Counted from the stretch's first letter, positions 8,494 to 17,453 are shown. The stretch is 64,000 bases of DNA from a virus (IMGVR_UViG_3300031853_000021:1-64000), one strand, 5' to 3'. Notes: generated from the sequence alone by a model not told the origin. Program-made: numbers and translations.

Positions 8494-9326
8494 TTGTCGC
8501 TTCTCCTTTCCATTGCTTTGATGATCCCGCGTTCCCGGTCGGACAGCTCCCAGCAGGTGGCGGCCGTCTCTCTTTCTGCCTTCAGTCTGCCGGCGGCCTG
8601 TTCGGCCTCTGCCTTCCTTGCGGCTGCGCTCTCTGACAGCAGATAGCCGCCTCCGAAGATCTGCTTCTTCTTTTCCTTCTGGCTGTCCAGGTCTTTGACC
8701 CAGTAGGCTTCCCCGTCTCTGATCCGCAGGTCAATCCCGTATCGGCTTATGAATCCCGCCTGCGTCGCTGTGATCACTTCCGGCGGGTAGCTGTACTTCG
8801 GGATGTCCTTCTTCTTTCCCCTGGTGTTCTCTTCCTCGACGGCCATGATCGCCGCGCGCAGATCCGGCGCTGTGCGGATCCTGAATTCCGGATCCAGGTT
8901 TGTGACGAACGCCGTGTTCACCTTTGCTCCGTTCTCGTATGTGATCGATGCGTCTGTGATGATGTGTGTCACCCCCCCGCCCTGATCTGGAAGTTTGTCA
9001 GGTAGGGCGCGAACAAAAAGAACCTGATACCTGCTTCCATGTATGTCCTGGCGATCTTGGTGATGATGGAAAAAGGCGGATTGTCTACCACTGTGCAGCC
9101 TTCCGGATAGTCCTGCGTCTCGTAGCTTCCGCCCGGCCAGAAGGGCCGCACGACCTTGTGCGGGTCTATGCCGTATTCCTGGACGACCCACATCAGGACC
9201 GTTTCGTAGATGTTGGGCGGCGTGAAGCAGTCGTCCGTCGTCCGCTTTGGTTTGAACTTCTCGACGAACTGTTCATACTCCTGATCCATTTCCGCCAGTG
9301 TCATCTGCCTGTTTATCTTTGCCATT
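8490..9326 (-). pseudogene. N6-adenine methyltransferase-like gene split by a frameshift at a G7 tract (8972-8978)
   Basis: 5' ORF carries FTPP and DNPPFS and stops right after GCG GGG GGG TGA; one more G (or two fewer) joins it to ...GVTHIITDASITYENGAKVNT... Confidence 0.65.
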
Positions 9327-9878
9327 GTCGCCCTCTGCCCTCTTGATCTTCTCCAATACCCTGACACCGGTTTCTGTGAGGCATGTTTCCAGGGTCCGCG
9401 CCGGATCCCATCCGCATTCCTCTTCGATCGCGGCGATCTGTTCGTAGACGCGGGCACAGCGTTCATAGCCGAACCCGCACTTTCTGCGCAGTGCCAGCAG
9501 GATCCCGGCCGTGATCTGCGGCGCCATCCATTTCATCTGCTGCTTCCGCATATAGATGTATTTGGCGGGTGTCATCTTTCCGGGATCGACCTTGGAATTC
9601 AAATAATGAAGGTCGCGCCAGCTCTTTCCGTCTCCGCACTGGATCTCGATCTTTGTCTCTTTCTCGCACATCTCGACCATGCTGTGGTCGATGTCTCCGG
9701 CGCATTCATTCCAGACTTCTTCAATCAGTTCGAACAGCTTTATGATCCTGCCCTTTCTCCATCCCCAGTGTCTGTACAGGGCGATGGCGGCCGCGCCGTG
9801 GATCAGCTTCGCCTGCCGGTTTCCTTCCCTCTGCAGCTTTTCATCTGCTTCCCTGACCGGGTCCCTGCGTCTGCCCAT
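9273..9878 (-). CDS. Hypothetical phage protein
   Basis: 201-aa ORF in the early operon, no recognised motif. Confidence 0.6.
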   Translation of the reverse strand: MGRRRDPVREADEKLQREGNRQAKLIHGAAAIALYRHWGWRKGRIIKLFELIEEVWNECAGDIDHSMVEMCEKETKIEIQCGDGKSWRDLHYLNSKVDPGKMTPAKYIYMRKQQMKWMAPQITAGILLALRRKCGFGYERCARVYEQIAAIEEECGWDPARTLETCLTETGVRVLEKIKRAEGDNGKDKQADDTGGNGSGV

Positions 9879-10242
9879 CGGCTATGCTCCTTTCATAGGA
9901 CAGCGGAAGCGGCCGCCATGCGCTGACATAAGCGCCGATCTTTGTATATGGATCGTCGTCGTCTCCGCTGAAGAAGTTCCCGCCTTCGCTGTCCGTCCTG
10001 TAATGCCCGATGTCGAACACTTCCGGGACGTTCGTGAAGTTCACAAGGATATATTTGCTGTATCCGTCTTCATCGGTCGGCGACATCTCACCGTCGCCGT
10101 CCATCACCGGGCGCCAGCGCTCGCGCCATTTTTCTTCCAGCGCTTCAACCGCCATGTATACCGCTTTCAGCTCCCTGGTGTTCGCGATCGGGATCCGCTT
10201 CAGGATGTCGACCGCTTCCTGAATCGTCAGAACTTCATCCAT
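9841..10242 (-). CDS. Hypothetical phage protein (DUF551-like C-terminus)
   Basis: RWRPV...AWRPLP pattern typical of this phage family. Confidence 0.55.
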   Translation of the reverse strand: MDEVLTIQEAVDILKRIPIANTRELKAVYMAVEALEEKWRERWRPVMDGDGEMSPTDEDGYSKYILVNFTNVPEVFDIGHYRTDSEGGNFFSGDDDDPYTKIGAYVSAWRPLPLSYERSIADGQTQGPGQGSR

Positions 10243-10540
10243 TCTCTTCCACTCCTTCCATCAGGTCTTCCATGGTGCAGCCGAAATATCTGGCCAGCCT
10301 GTACAGCGCATAGGCCGACGGCTGTCTTTCGCCCCGCATCCATCTGAAGAAGGTATGTTCTAATACGTTGACCTCTGCCGCGACTTCCCGCATCAGCAGA
10401 CCCTTTTCATCGATCCGTTTCCGGATGTTCTCGCCGATCACCTTCGCGATTCCTGTTGTCCATGTTCGTCCATCCTTTCCGCCGGTCATGCCGGCTGTGT
10501 GTTTTCTTCTGTCTGCTCCCTCTGCCGCTGTGCAAGCCAT
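10235..10540 (-). CDS. XRE-family HTH regulator
   Basis: IRKRIDEKGLLMREVAAEVNV...RWMRGERQPSAYALYRLARYFGCTMEDL; true start may be internal. Confidence 0.8.
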   Translation of the reverse strand: MACTAAEGADRRKHTAGMTGGKDGRTWTTGIAKVIGENIRKRIDEKGLLMREVAAEVNVLEHTFFRWMRGERQPSAYALYRLARYFGCTMEDLMEGVEENG

Positions 10541-10679
10541 TCCTGGAACTCTTTCTCGTGTTCAGGGTCTTTGTAAAACTCTTCTGTGCTCCTGATCAGC
10601 TTGTTCAGCGCGCCTTTCATCCATACGCCTTCCAGCATGTTCGTCCCTCCGTTTCCTGCCGGCTGACTGCCGGCGTCTG

Positions 10680-10874
10680 TCAGGCCGTCAGCGGACGGTC
10701 GCGTGTGATCTGCATCCCGATCAGGATGCCCTTGACTTCCCGCTTCTCTTCCTCTGTCAGGCCCTTCAGAAGTTCCGCGAAGTCTTCTCCGTCTTTCTTC
10801 CACTCTTCAATCTGTTCCTTCCCCGTCTTTTCAGCCTGAAGTTCAGGTTCTGTTCTTGCTCTTTCCTCTTTCAT
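10680..10874 (-). CDS. Small conserved first early protein
   Basis: ELLKGLTEEEKREVKGILIGMQI is nearly identical to the peptide at 51609-51770. Confidence 0.7.
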   Translation of the reverse strand: MKEERARTEPELQAEKTGKEQIEEWKKDGEDFAELLKGLTEEEKREVKGILIGMQITRDRPLTA

Positions 10875-10908
10875 GGTTTCCTTTCTCCTTTCGAAAATGC
10901 TTTTATCC

Positions 10909-11012
10909 GTGCCTTTAATCCACATTCTAATCCCCTAAAGGCACCTTGTCAATATGCTTTGTCCCTTAAATCTACTTTTTTGATTGACTATAGCATTGCC
11001 GCGTGCTATTCT
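10909..11012. promoter_or_regulatory. Genetic switch A: divergent promoters and three 15-bp operators
   Basis: Leftward TTGACA(10952-47)-17-TAGAAT; rightward TTGACT(10984)-17-TG.TATTCT; operators GTGCCTTTAATCCAC 10909, ATCCCCTAAAGGCAC 10930, GTCCCTTAAATCTAC 10961. Confidence 0.75.
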
Positions 11013-11036
11013 TCTTTATGAAAGGAAGGTGATCCC

Positions 11037-11525
11037 ATGACACAGGGCGAAAGAGTTAAGGAAATACGGAAATCATTAAGCCTCACGCTTGAAAAATTTG
11101 GCAGTAGATTGGGCGTCGGTAAGACCGCAATCTCTAAGATTGAAAAAGGTGAAAATAATCTTTCGCCTCAAATGTTCAAAATGATCTGCCGTGAATTTGG
11201 TGTGAATGGCGAATATCTTGAAAGCGGCAATGGTGAAATGTTCACAGAAGTCTCGCAGGATGCTATTGATGAATTGTGCGCACAGTACAGCCTGGATGCT
11301 TTCGATCGGGTCCTGATTCAGGAATATCTGAAGATGCCCGCAGAATCCCGCAAGGCCCTGAAGGACTACATCCGGAACGTGATGAAGCGCGTCAGCGATG
11401 ACGATCCGCAGGTGAAGATCAATAAAGAAGTGGAAGCGTACAGGAAGGAACTGGAAATAGAAGCAAGTCGCGCGGAAGAATCGTCAGTTTCCGGCACTAC
11501 TGCAGAAGGCACAAAAATGGCATAA
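11037..11525 (+). CDS. CI-like XRE repressor A (no peptidase domain)
   Basis: RVKEIRKSLSLTLEKFGSRLGVGKTAISKIEKG HTH; divergent from the early operon. Confidence 0.9.
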   Translation: MTQGERVKEIRKSLSLTLEKFGSRLGVGKTAISKIEKGENNLSPQMFKMICREFGVNGEYLESGNGEMFTEVSQDAIDELCAQYSLDAFDRVLIQEYLKMPAESRKALKDYIRNVMKRVSDDDPQVKINKEVEAYRKELEIEASRAEESSVSGTTAEGTKMA

Positions 11526-11568
11526 AAACAGGCCCGTCTAAATGACGGGCCGGAAAGGACGGAAAGGT

Positions 11569-12156
11569 ATGACATTAAAAAAAGACACAAAGACACCTAA
11601 GACAAAGAAGCCGATTTATAAAAGGATCTGGTTCTGGATCCTGATTGTATTCATTCTCTTCGCGGCAGTCGGGGGAAAAGGCAATAAATCTTCAGAAACT
11701 GCCAGCCCTGCAGCAGACGCGGCGACGGAGTCGGTTTCTTCCAGCCTCTCTGCTCCTGCCGACGATGACGTATCAAAAGAGTCGGAAGCAGAGATGGAAG
11801 CTGCAGATTCTGCCCTTGATTTTCAAGTGACTTATTATGATAGTTTTCGGAATGATGTCACGGGCAACTGGCGAAAAGCTCTCGTCGTAACCAGTGAACC
11901 GATTGAGGATTACGCACTGGATTACTATAAAGAATATTTCAAGTCAGACGACGAACTTCACGTAATCTATAATTTCGGATTGAATACCGCGAACAGTATC
12001 CAGGTTTCACATGGCGTCCTCTATGTCAGCGTTTTTGATTATGTTGATAAAGAAGAACATGATGCAGATCTTGCCTGCAGTGGCACGCATCTTGCCGAAT
12101 ATATGATCAATATCAAAACCGGCGAAGTTGAAGAAGTTCCGCTTACGGCGGATTAA
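11569..12156 (+). CDS. Membrane-anchored moron protein (possible superinfection exclusion)
   Basis: KKPIYKRIWFWILIVFILF anchor, Ser/Ala/acidic linker, AT-richer sequence; located between cI and integrase. Confidence 0.65.
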   Translation: MTLKKDTKTPKTKKPIYKRIWFWILIVFILFAAVGGKGNKSSETASPAADAATESVSSSLSAPADDDVSKESEAEMEAADSALDFQVTYYDSFRNDVTGNWRKALVVTSEPIEDYALDYYKEYFKSDDELHVIYNFGLNTANSIQVSHGVLYVSVFDYVDKEEHDADLACSGTHLAEYMINIKTGEVEEVPLTAD

Positions 12157-12164
12157 ATAAAACG

Positions 12165-12263
12165 GCCCGCCCTGTTGCCGCAGGACGGGCTGTACTTCTC
12201 CCGGAGGAGCTCGTATGAAGTATTTTTATTATACTCCTCCGGTTTTTTGGATGCAATCGGAGG
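12165..12263 (+). promoter_or_regulatory. Structured leader/terminator upstream of integrase A
   Basis: Hairpin GCCCGCCCTG..CAGGACGGGC, then CCGGAGGAG(12201)..CTCCTCCGG(12234-42) followed by T6; RBS CGGAGG at 12258. Confidence 0.5.
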
Positions 12264-12270
12264 TTTTTTC

Positions 12271-13848
12271 ATGTCTGAAAACGCTGTGGTTTATGCTCGC
12301 TATTCCTCCAGGGGGCAGAATGAGCAGTCTATAGAAGGACAGCTGGCGGCCGCGCAGAAATACGCCGACGATAAAGGCTATACTATCGTGAAGACTTACT
12401 GCGACAGGGCGAAGACCGGCACCAATGACAGGCGCGAATCCTTCCAGCAGATGCTGACGGACTGCGCGAAGCATCAGTTCACCGTGATCATCGTCTGGAA
12501 GGTCGACCGCTTCGGGCGCAACCGCTACGAGATCGCCATCAATAAAGCCAGGGCGAAGAATCACGGCGTGCGCGTCGAATACGTGGCGGAGAACATTTCC
12601 CCGGGCCCCGAAGGCGTGATCTTGGAATCAGTCCTTGAAGGCCTGGCCGAATACTACAGCCTGCAGCTGTCGCAGAATGTCGCCCGCGGTAAACTGGAAT
12701 CTGCGAAGAAGCATCACGTGATCGGCGGCATGCTTCCGTACGGCTTCCGGGCAGCTCCTGACAAGTCCTATGAAATAGATCCGGAACGCGCAGTGATCGC
12801 CCGGCAGATCTTCGAACGGTACGCCAAAGGGGAAACGATCTCGACCCTGCTGGCCTGGCTCGATGAATCCGGGATCCGGAACGGCCGCGGGACAAAGTTC
12901 ACAAAGACGACCTTGCCGCGCATGCTCAAGGACGAACGCTATATCGGGACATATTCCTTCAAGGACATCATCCACGACGAAGACGCCATCCCGGCCATCG
13001 TAGATAAAGAGACTTTTGAAAAGGTGCAGATCATGATGAAGAACAACAAACGCATGCCCTCGCATGCGTGGGACTATTCCACTTATTTACTGACCGGCAA
13101 GATCTTCTGCGGGCACTGCGGATCCATGATGATCGGCATGTCCGGCATCAACCGGCACGGTAACAAGTATGGTTATTATGCATGTGCGGACCGGCGAAAG
13201 AAGGGCGGGACGTGCAAAAAGAAGAACGTGAGGCAGGACTGGATCGAACCTCTTGTCATCTCCGAAATCCTGAACCTGCTGCATGACGATGTCCTGTTTG
13301 GCCAGATCGTCGACGCGGCCTGGCGCTACTACCAGGAAGAAGTCAAAGCCGCGGATGAAACTGCAGGCCTGCGGGCGCAGCTCCGTGAAGCTGAACGCGG
13401 GATCTCCAATCTGGTCCGCGCCATGGAAGCCGGCGCAGTCTCTGAAGCCCTGGTCATCCGCCTGCAGTCCCTTGAAGATCAGAAGGCTGCGCTGAACAAA
13501 TCCATCGCCCAGGCGGAACTGGCACTCGGCCCGCGCCTGACCCGTGAACGGATCGAATTCTTTCTCCTGCGCTTCCGCGACGCGGATCCGGACCGCGAAG
13601 AAGACCGGAAGGCCATCGTCGACACCTTTGTAAATGCCATTTACCTGTACGACGATAAACTTACGATCACATTCAACTACAGGCCCGACGGCGTGAACAA
13701 AAAGCAGGTCACGCTGACGGATCTGGACGGGGACGGGGGTTCGTCCCTTGACCCGTCTATTCCACTGCGCGGGGTACGGTCGAACATTTTCAGCATTCGG
13801 CTGTTCCGCCACGTGATCATTGTTACATTTACAATAGAACGCAGATAA
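12271..13848 (+). CDS. Large serine integrase A
   Basis: AVVYARYSS...QSIEGQL, VWKVDRFGRN, recombinase domain, zinc ribbon CGHCG..YYACA..C. Confidence 0.95.
   Translation: MSENAVVYARYSSRGQNEQSIEGQLAAAQKYADDKGYTIVKTYCDRAKTGTNDRRESFQQMLTDCAKHQFTVIIVWKVDRFGRNRYEIAINKARAKNHGVRVEYVAENISPGPEGVILESVLEGLAEYYSLQLSQNVARGKLESAKKHHVIGGMLPYGFRAAPDKSYEIDPERAVIARQIFERYAKGETISTLLAWLDESGIRNGRGTKFTKTTLPRMLKDERYIGTYSFKDIIHDEDAIPAIVDKETFEKVQIMMKNNKRMPSHAWDYSTYLLTGKIFCGHCGSMMIGMSGINRHGNKYGYYACADRRKKGGTCKKKNVRQDWIEPLVISEILNLLHDDVLFGQIVDAAWRYYQEEVKAADETAGLRAQLREAERGISNLVRAMEAGAVSEALVIRLQSLEDQKAALNKSIAQAELALGPRLTRERIEFFLLRFRDADPDREEDRKAIVDTFVNAIYLYDDKLTITFNYRPDGVNKKQVTLTDLDGDGGSSLDPSIPLRGVRSNIFSIRLFRHVIIVTFTIERR
13739..13785. 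other. Candidate attP-like site within the 3' end of integrase A
   Basis: 47-bp imperfect inverted repeat GTTCGtCCcT...AcGGtCGAAC centred on TCCAC. Confidence 0.45.
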
Positions 13849-13850
13849 TC

Positions 13851-13891
13851 AAAAACACGGCGCCGCCTTTTCAGGCTGGTGCCGTGTTTTT
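13851..13891. terminator. Bidirectional intrinsic terminator between integrase A and the lysis operon
   Basis: AAAAACACGGCGCC...GGTGCCGTGTTTTT between convergent genes. Confidence 0.8.
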
Positions 13892-13929
13892 ATCTGCATA
13901 GTCTTCCGGATCCAGAATGTCTCTATGCT

Positions 13930-14679
13930 CTACAGATTGACGTCTGCGGCGATATAGTAGCCGGTCATGCCGTAGGTTTTGCAGAATGCTTTGATCCGCT
14001 TGATCAGCGTCTTTGATTCTGTATACTCCAGCAGGAATGTTTCCATCTTGTGGCGCTTGACCCTGCGCATATGCTTCTTGTATTCTTCGTGCTGCTTTTT
14101 GGTCTGCGTGCCGAACCTTCCCTTTCCTGAATACGATTTGATCCGGCTGTATACTTCCTCCTGTGTCACGCCATTGATCCATGGGAAGCCTTCGTGTTTC
14201 GGATCCGCATCCATGAGGCGGTCCAGATATTCCTGCCCGCCGTTGATCATGATGTAGCCCCCGCCGCATGCTGCCTTGATATCCTGCAGGACGGTCGTGA
14301 TCGCCGCATACATTTCCCTGCTGTCATGATATTCCAGCAGGTCGGTGTTATCGATCCACCATCCGACGCATCCCAGGTCCTTGATCTCTTTCGCGCGCTC
14401 GACGCACCACTTGCGGGCTTCTTCTTCGCGCAGGTCTAAATACCATTCATGCTTCCAGTCAGGAAGCCGGCTCAATCTGTACGGCTCCAGGCGTTTGTAG
14501 TACGGGCGTTCGTTCGATACTGATCCGATGGACAAATATCCCAGGACGGTGTACCCCGCTGCGCGCAGGGCCTTCACCTGTTCCTTTGTGTAGTCCTCCG
14601 GCTCGATCGCCAGAATGGTCCTCCCTTTTACCTTTACCGGCTTCGCCCTGGTCGTCAGCTTTACCTTGTATGCAGCCAT
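13930..14679 (-). CDS. GH114/PelA-like glycoside hydrolase (putative alpha-1,4-galactosaminidase fold)
   Basis: VLGYLSIGS..RPYY, WKHEWYLD, GWWIDNTD, MINGG, GVTQEEV motifs. Confidence 0.65.
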   Translation of the reverse strand: MAAYKVKLTTRAKPVKVKGRTILAIEPEDYTKEQVKALRAAGYTVLGYLSIGSVSNERPYYKRLEPYRLSRLPDWKHEWYLDLREEEARKWCVERAKEIKDLGCVGWWIDNTDLLEYHDSREMYAAITTVLQDIKAACGGGYIMINGGQEYLDRLMDADPKHEGFPWINGVTQEEVYSRIKSYSGKGRFGTQTKKQHEEYKKHMRRVKRHKMETFLLEYTESKTLIKRIKAFCKTYGMTGYYIAADVNL

Positions 14680-14684
14680 TTCCC

Positions 14685-15584
14685 TTACTCCTTTTTAAGG
14701 ACTTCCGGTGCGACTTTCCCCAGGTATCCGACGATCGCGGTCAGCATGTCGCCAGGGCTTTCCATGTAGAAGTCGACGATATCCTGGACATCCGACCATC
14801 TTTCCGCCAGCTTCTCTCTGCGTGTGTCCCCGCTGCCGTAGATGTCCAGCAGAACCTTGACCGCCAGCTGCTTGTCTGACTGATCCGGGAACGTCTTCTT
14901 TGGTGCCGCTGCCTTCGCGTCTCCTCTTGCGTATGCCTGCCACTGGTCCCTTGTCATGTATGCGATGTTCATGTCAAGGCCGTGCTGTCTCGTGCATCTG
15001 TATCCCTTGATGGATCCAGAAGGGCTGTACTGATGGATGGCAATGTTCCTTCCCCATGCCCCGCAAGGCTTTCCGTCGGTCCACGGATTTCCCTGGTAGC
15101 CCGTGATGTCATAATCTGCATACTGCGCCATCCACAGGCCGCAGTGCTTCGCGACCGGCGACCAGTCGCGCCGGCGCGTCACGGATGCCGAAGTGTACAG
15201 AAGCGGCCACACGCCTGTCTTGTCGTGGACGCGCTGCATGAACTTCGCGACCCATTCGACTTCCCTGGATGTATTGAACACCCAGTTTTCGCCGCCGTAA
15301 CGGTTGTGTTCCCAGTCCAGGAACAGCGCGCAGCCTCCGGCCCTGTGTCCGACGATCCGAAGGAAATAGTCCGCCTCTGCATTCGCGTCGCCGCCTGAAG
15401 CGTAATGGTAGGCGCCGACCAGCTTCCCGGCTGCTACGGCCTGCGCGTAGTGCTTCGAAAAATACGGGTTTGTGTAGCCGGTGCCCTGCGTAGCCTTCAC
15501 GATCACGAAGTCCGCTTCGATCTTTGTGCAGTCCATTCCCGCCTGATAGCTGGCGATGTCTACGCCATTCATGACTTCTTTCAT
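14685..15584 (-). CDS. GH25 muramidase endolysin with C-terminal CW_7-like repeat
   Basis: GVDIASYQ, FVIVKATQGTGY, GAYHY, LFLDWE, LWMAQY; tail VLLDIYGSGDTRREKL. Confidence 0.9.
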   Translation of the reverse strand: MKEVMNGVDIASYQAGMDCTKIEADFVIVKATQGTGYTNPYFSKHYAQAVAAGKLVGAYHYASGGDANAEADYFLRIVGHRAGGCALFLDWEHNRYGGENWVFNTSREVEWVAKFMQRVHDKTGVWPLLYTSASVTRRRDWSPVAKHCGLWMAQYADYDITGYQGNPWTDGKPCGAWGRNIAIHQYSPSGSIKGYRCTRQHGLDMNIAYMTRDQWQAYARGDAKAAAPKKTFPDQSDKQLAVKVLLDIYGSGDTRREKLAERWSDVQDIVDFYMESPGDMLTAIVGYLGKVAPEVLKKE

Positions 15585-15609
15585 TATAAAAACCTCCGTC
15601 TTCTGATGT

Positions 15610-17427
15610 TCAAGCGATCGACGCGCCGCGCGGGATCATCGTCTTCACCTGCCTGAATGCCGCCTTTTCGCAGACGTGCACGGTCTTCTGGTATTTCTTG
15701 CCCGCCAGCATATAGGTGACGGTCTTTCCGACCATGTTCTTTTCACCCTTCGCCGTGATCACTCCGCCCGCGATCGTCAGCTCTGTGCGTCCGCATACGT
15801 CGCCGGGGAGCAGGTTTCCATATTTCTGATATGCTTTCTGTGCGGCTTTTGTCTTCGCGTCCACTCCGATCGTCCCGATCGGCCAGGACTTCCATCCGGT
15901 GTGCAGGATCCAGTCGGGGCTGATGGCCTTGATAAAGCTTTCCGTGTCTCCTGTATATAATCCGTGGTGGCTGGTCTTGTAGACATCGACATGCCCGACT
16001 TTTGCAGGGTCGAATTTAGATTCTTTTTTCCCGCAGTGGTGATCGCCGCATGTCAGCATCCGGATCCCGGCGACTTCGATCAGGGTACACAGGGACCGCA
16101 TGTTTGTAGAATCCGTGCTGCTCCCTGTCTGCTGGAAGACGACCGTCCCATGAATCTTCCCGGTGTCGAATGTGCTGCCCTGCTTCAGGACGACAACTTC
16201 CGTCCCGTACTTCTTGCAGTCGGCCAGCAGGGTCTTGTACCTGTTTTTGTATTCGCCGGCGATGGTGCTTTCAGCAGGAACATAGCACCGTTTTATCCGC
16301 TTCGCCTTTACCAGAGCGTTCGCGTTGGACGACATATGGTCGCTGTGAGGGTGGCTGATGTACAGGTCCACGCGGTCGCAGTCTTTGATCTCTTCCTTGA
16401 TCCTGTCCATGGCGCCGGTCTTGAATGCGTCCATAATGAGGGCGCTTTTTGCGTCGTCCTTTACGATCACAAGATCCCCCTGCAGGCCGTCAATTTCTTT
16501 TGTGCTCCGGTCCTTGTCCCTGAACAGAGAAATGATCCTGCCGGATACTGACGTGCCTGTGGCCGCGGCAGGCTGCTGCAGTGCTTTGTTTACTTCCTTC
16601 TGCACTGCCGCGGGATCATAGCCGCAGAACTTAAGGAGCAGTTCCCGGATCGCGTTGGTCCCGAACTTGTCCTGAAGAACCAGCTGTGCGGCCTCCGCGT
16701 TCGTCCTTCCTTTCAGCGCGTAGATGTCGTCGATCTTATCCTGGACGGCAGTCGCCCAATTTCCGAGGCGCTTTCTCCTGTATTTTCCTTTTCCTGCATG
16801 GTTGGCGATCACATAGACGGCCAGGTCGAATACGGTCTTGTCGATATCATTCCACACCCGGTCGACTTCGTCCTGGATCTTTTCGGCGTTCTTCTTTCCG
16901 AACACCGACAGCTGCTTCATTCTCGTATCGCCCGAACTGTAGACGTTCAGAATACAGTCCGCGGCCGCGATTGCGATCTGCAGGTTTGTCATGTCGGGCA
17001 TCGCCTTGTACTTCGGCCTGACGTATCCGATCACGGACCTGCCTTTGTAGCTGCGCCGTCCGCAGCCTCCGTTGTAGTTCCCGGCCACGTCGATGTAGAA
17101 GCCGACATTTGCTTCTGTATGGTTTGGCTTTCCGCTGGATCCAAATACAAGGATATCGCCCGGAAGGATTCCATTAGTCCCGCCGTGCCAGATGCCCTTC
17201 TTCTGCGCGTTCTTTTTCAGCGTCCCGCTGATCTGCGCATATCCTCCGATCAGGTCGATCCCGCCGGCGCGATGCATGGCCGCCATCAAGGTTTCAGTGC
17301 ACCATGCGTCTTTCATTGTGGCGTGATGCCCGAAGCCGTTCAGGTCTTTGATCACGTCTTCGTGTGCTGAATCGCTCCCGTCGTACTTTGTGAGTGCTTC
17401 CAAAAAATCCCATACTGTACACGCCAT
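15610..17427 (-). CDS. CHAP-like + CW_7-like repeats + ComEC/Pce-type metallo-beta-lactamase fusion protein
   Basis: AWCTET/NHTEA/AGNY CHAP residues; three CW_7-like helices; ISHPHSDH, TCGDH and KTSHHG MBL motifs. Confidence 0.7.
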   Translation of the reverse strand: MACTVWDFLEALTKYDGSDSAHEDVIKDLNGFGHHATMKDAWCTETLMAAMHRAGGIDLIGGYAQISGTLKKNAQKKGIWHGGTNGILPGDILVFGSSGKPNHTEANVGFYIDVAGNYNGGCGRRSYKGRSVIGYVRPKYKAMPDMTNLQIAIAAADCILNVYSSGDTRMKQLSVFGKKNAEKIQDEVDRVWNDIDKTVFDLAVYVIANHAGKGKYRRKRLGNWATAVQDKIDDIYALKGRTNAEAAQLVLQDKFGTNAIRELLLKFCGYDPAAVQKEVNKALQQPAAATGTSVSGRIISLFRDKDRSTKEIDGLQGDLVIVKDDAKSALIMDAFKTGAMDRIKEEIKDCDRVDLYISHPHSDHMSSNANALVKAKRIKRCYVPAESTIAGEYKNRYKTLLADCKKYGTEVVVLKQGSTFDTGKIHGTVVFQQTGSSTDSTNMRSLCTLIEVAGIRMLTCGDHHCGKKESKFDPAKVGHVDVYKTSHHGLYTGDTESFIKAISPDWILHTGWKSWPIGTIGVDAKTKAAQKAYQKYGNLLPGDVCGRTELTIAGGVITAKGEKNMVGKTVTYMLAGKKYQKTVHVCEKAAFRQVKTMIPRGASIA

Positions 17428-17453
17428 CGTGTTCCCTCCGTCTGCCCTGCAGA

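Larger units (their letters stand above)
1..13848. mobile_element. Temperate phage block A (partial): HNH, late activator, early/replication genes, repressor, moron, serine integrase
   Basis: Gene content and order are syntenic with 39942-54628; early genes are on the - strand, cI and integrase on the + strand. Confidence 0.93.

Noticed and set aside
7570-8646. Long plus-strand ORFs opposite phage genes (also 19660-20658, 34082-35584, 43539-45278, 47987-49006, 58127-59335)
   Set aside because: Antisense shadow frames typical of high-GC DNA; no motifs, and they fully overlap well-supported minus-strand genes
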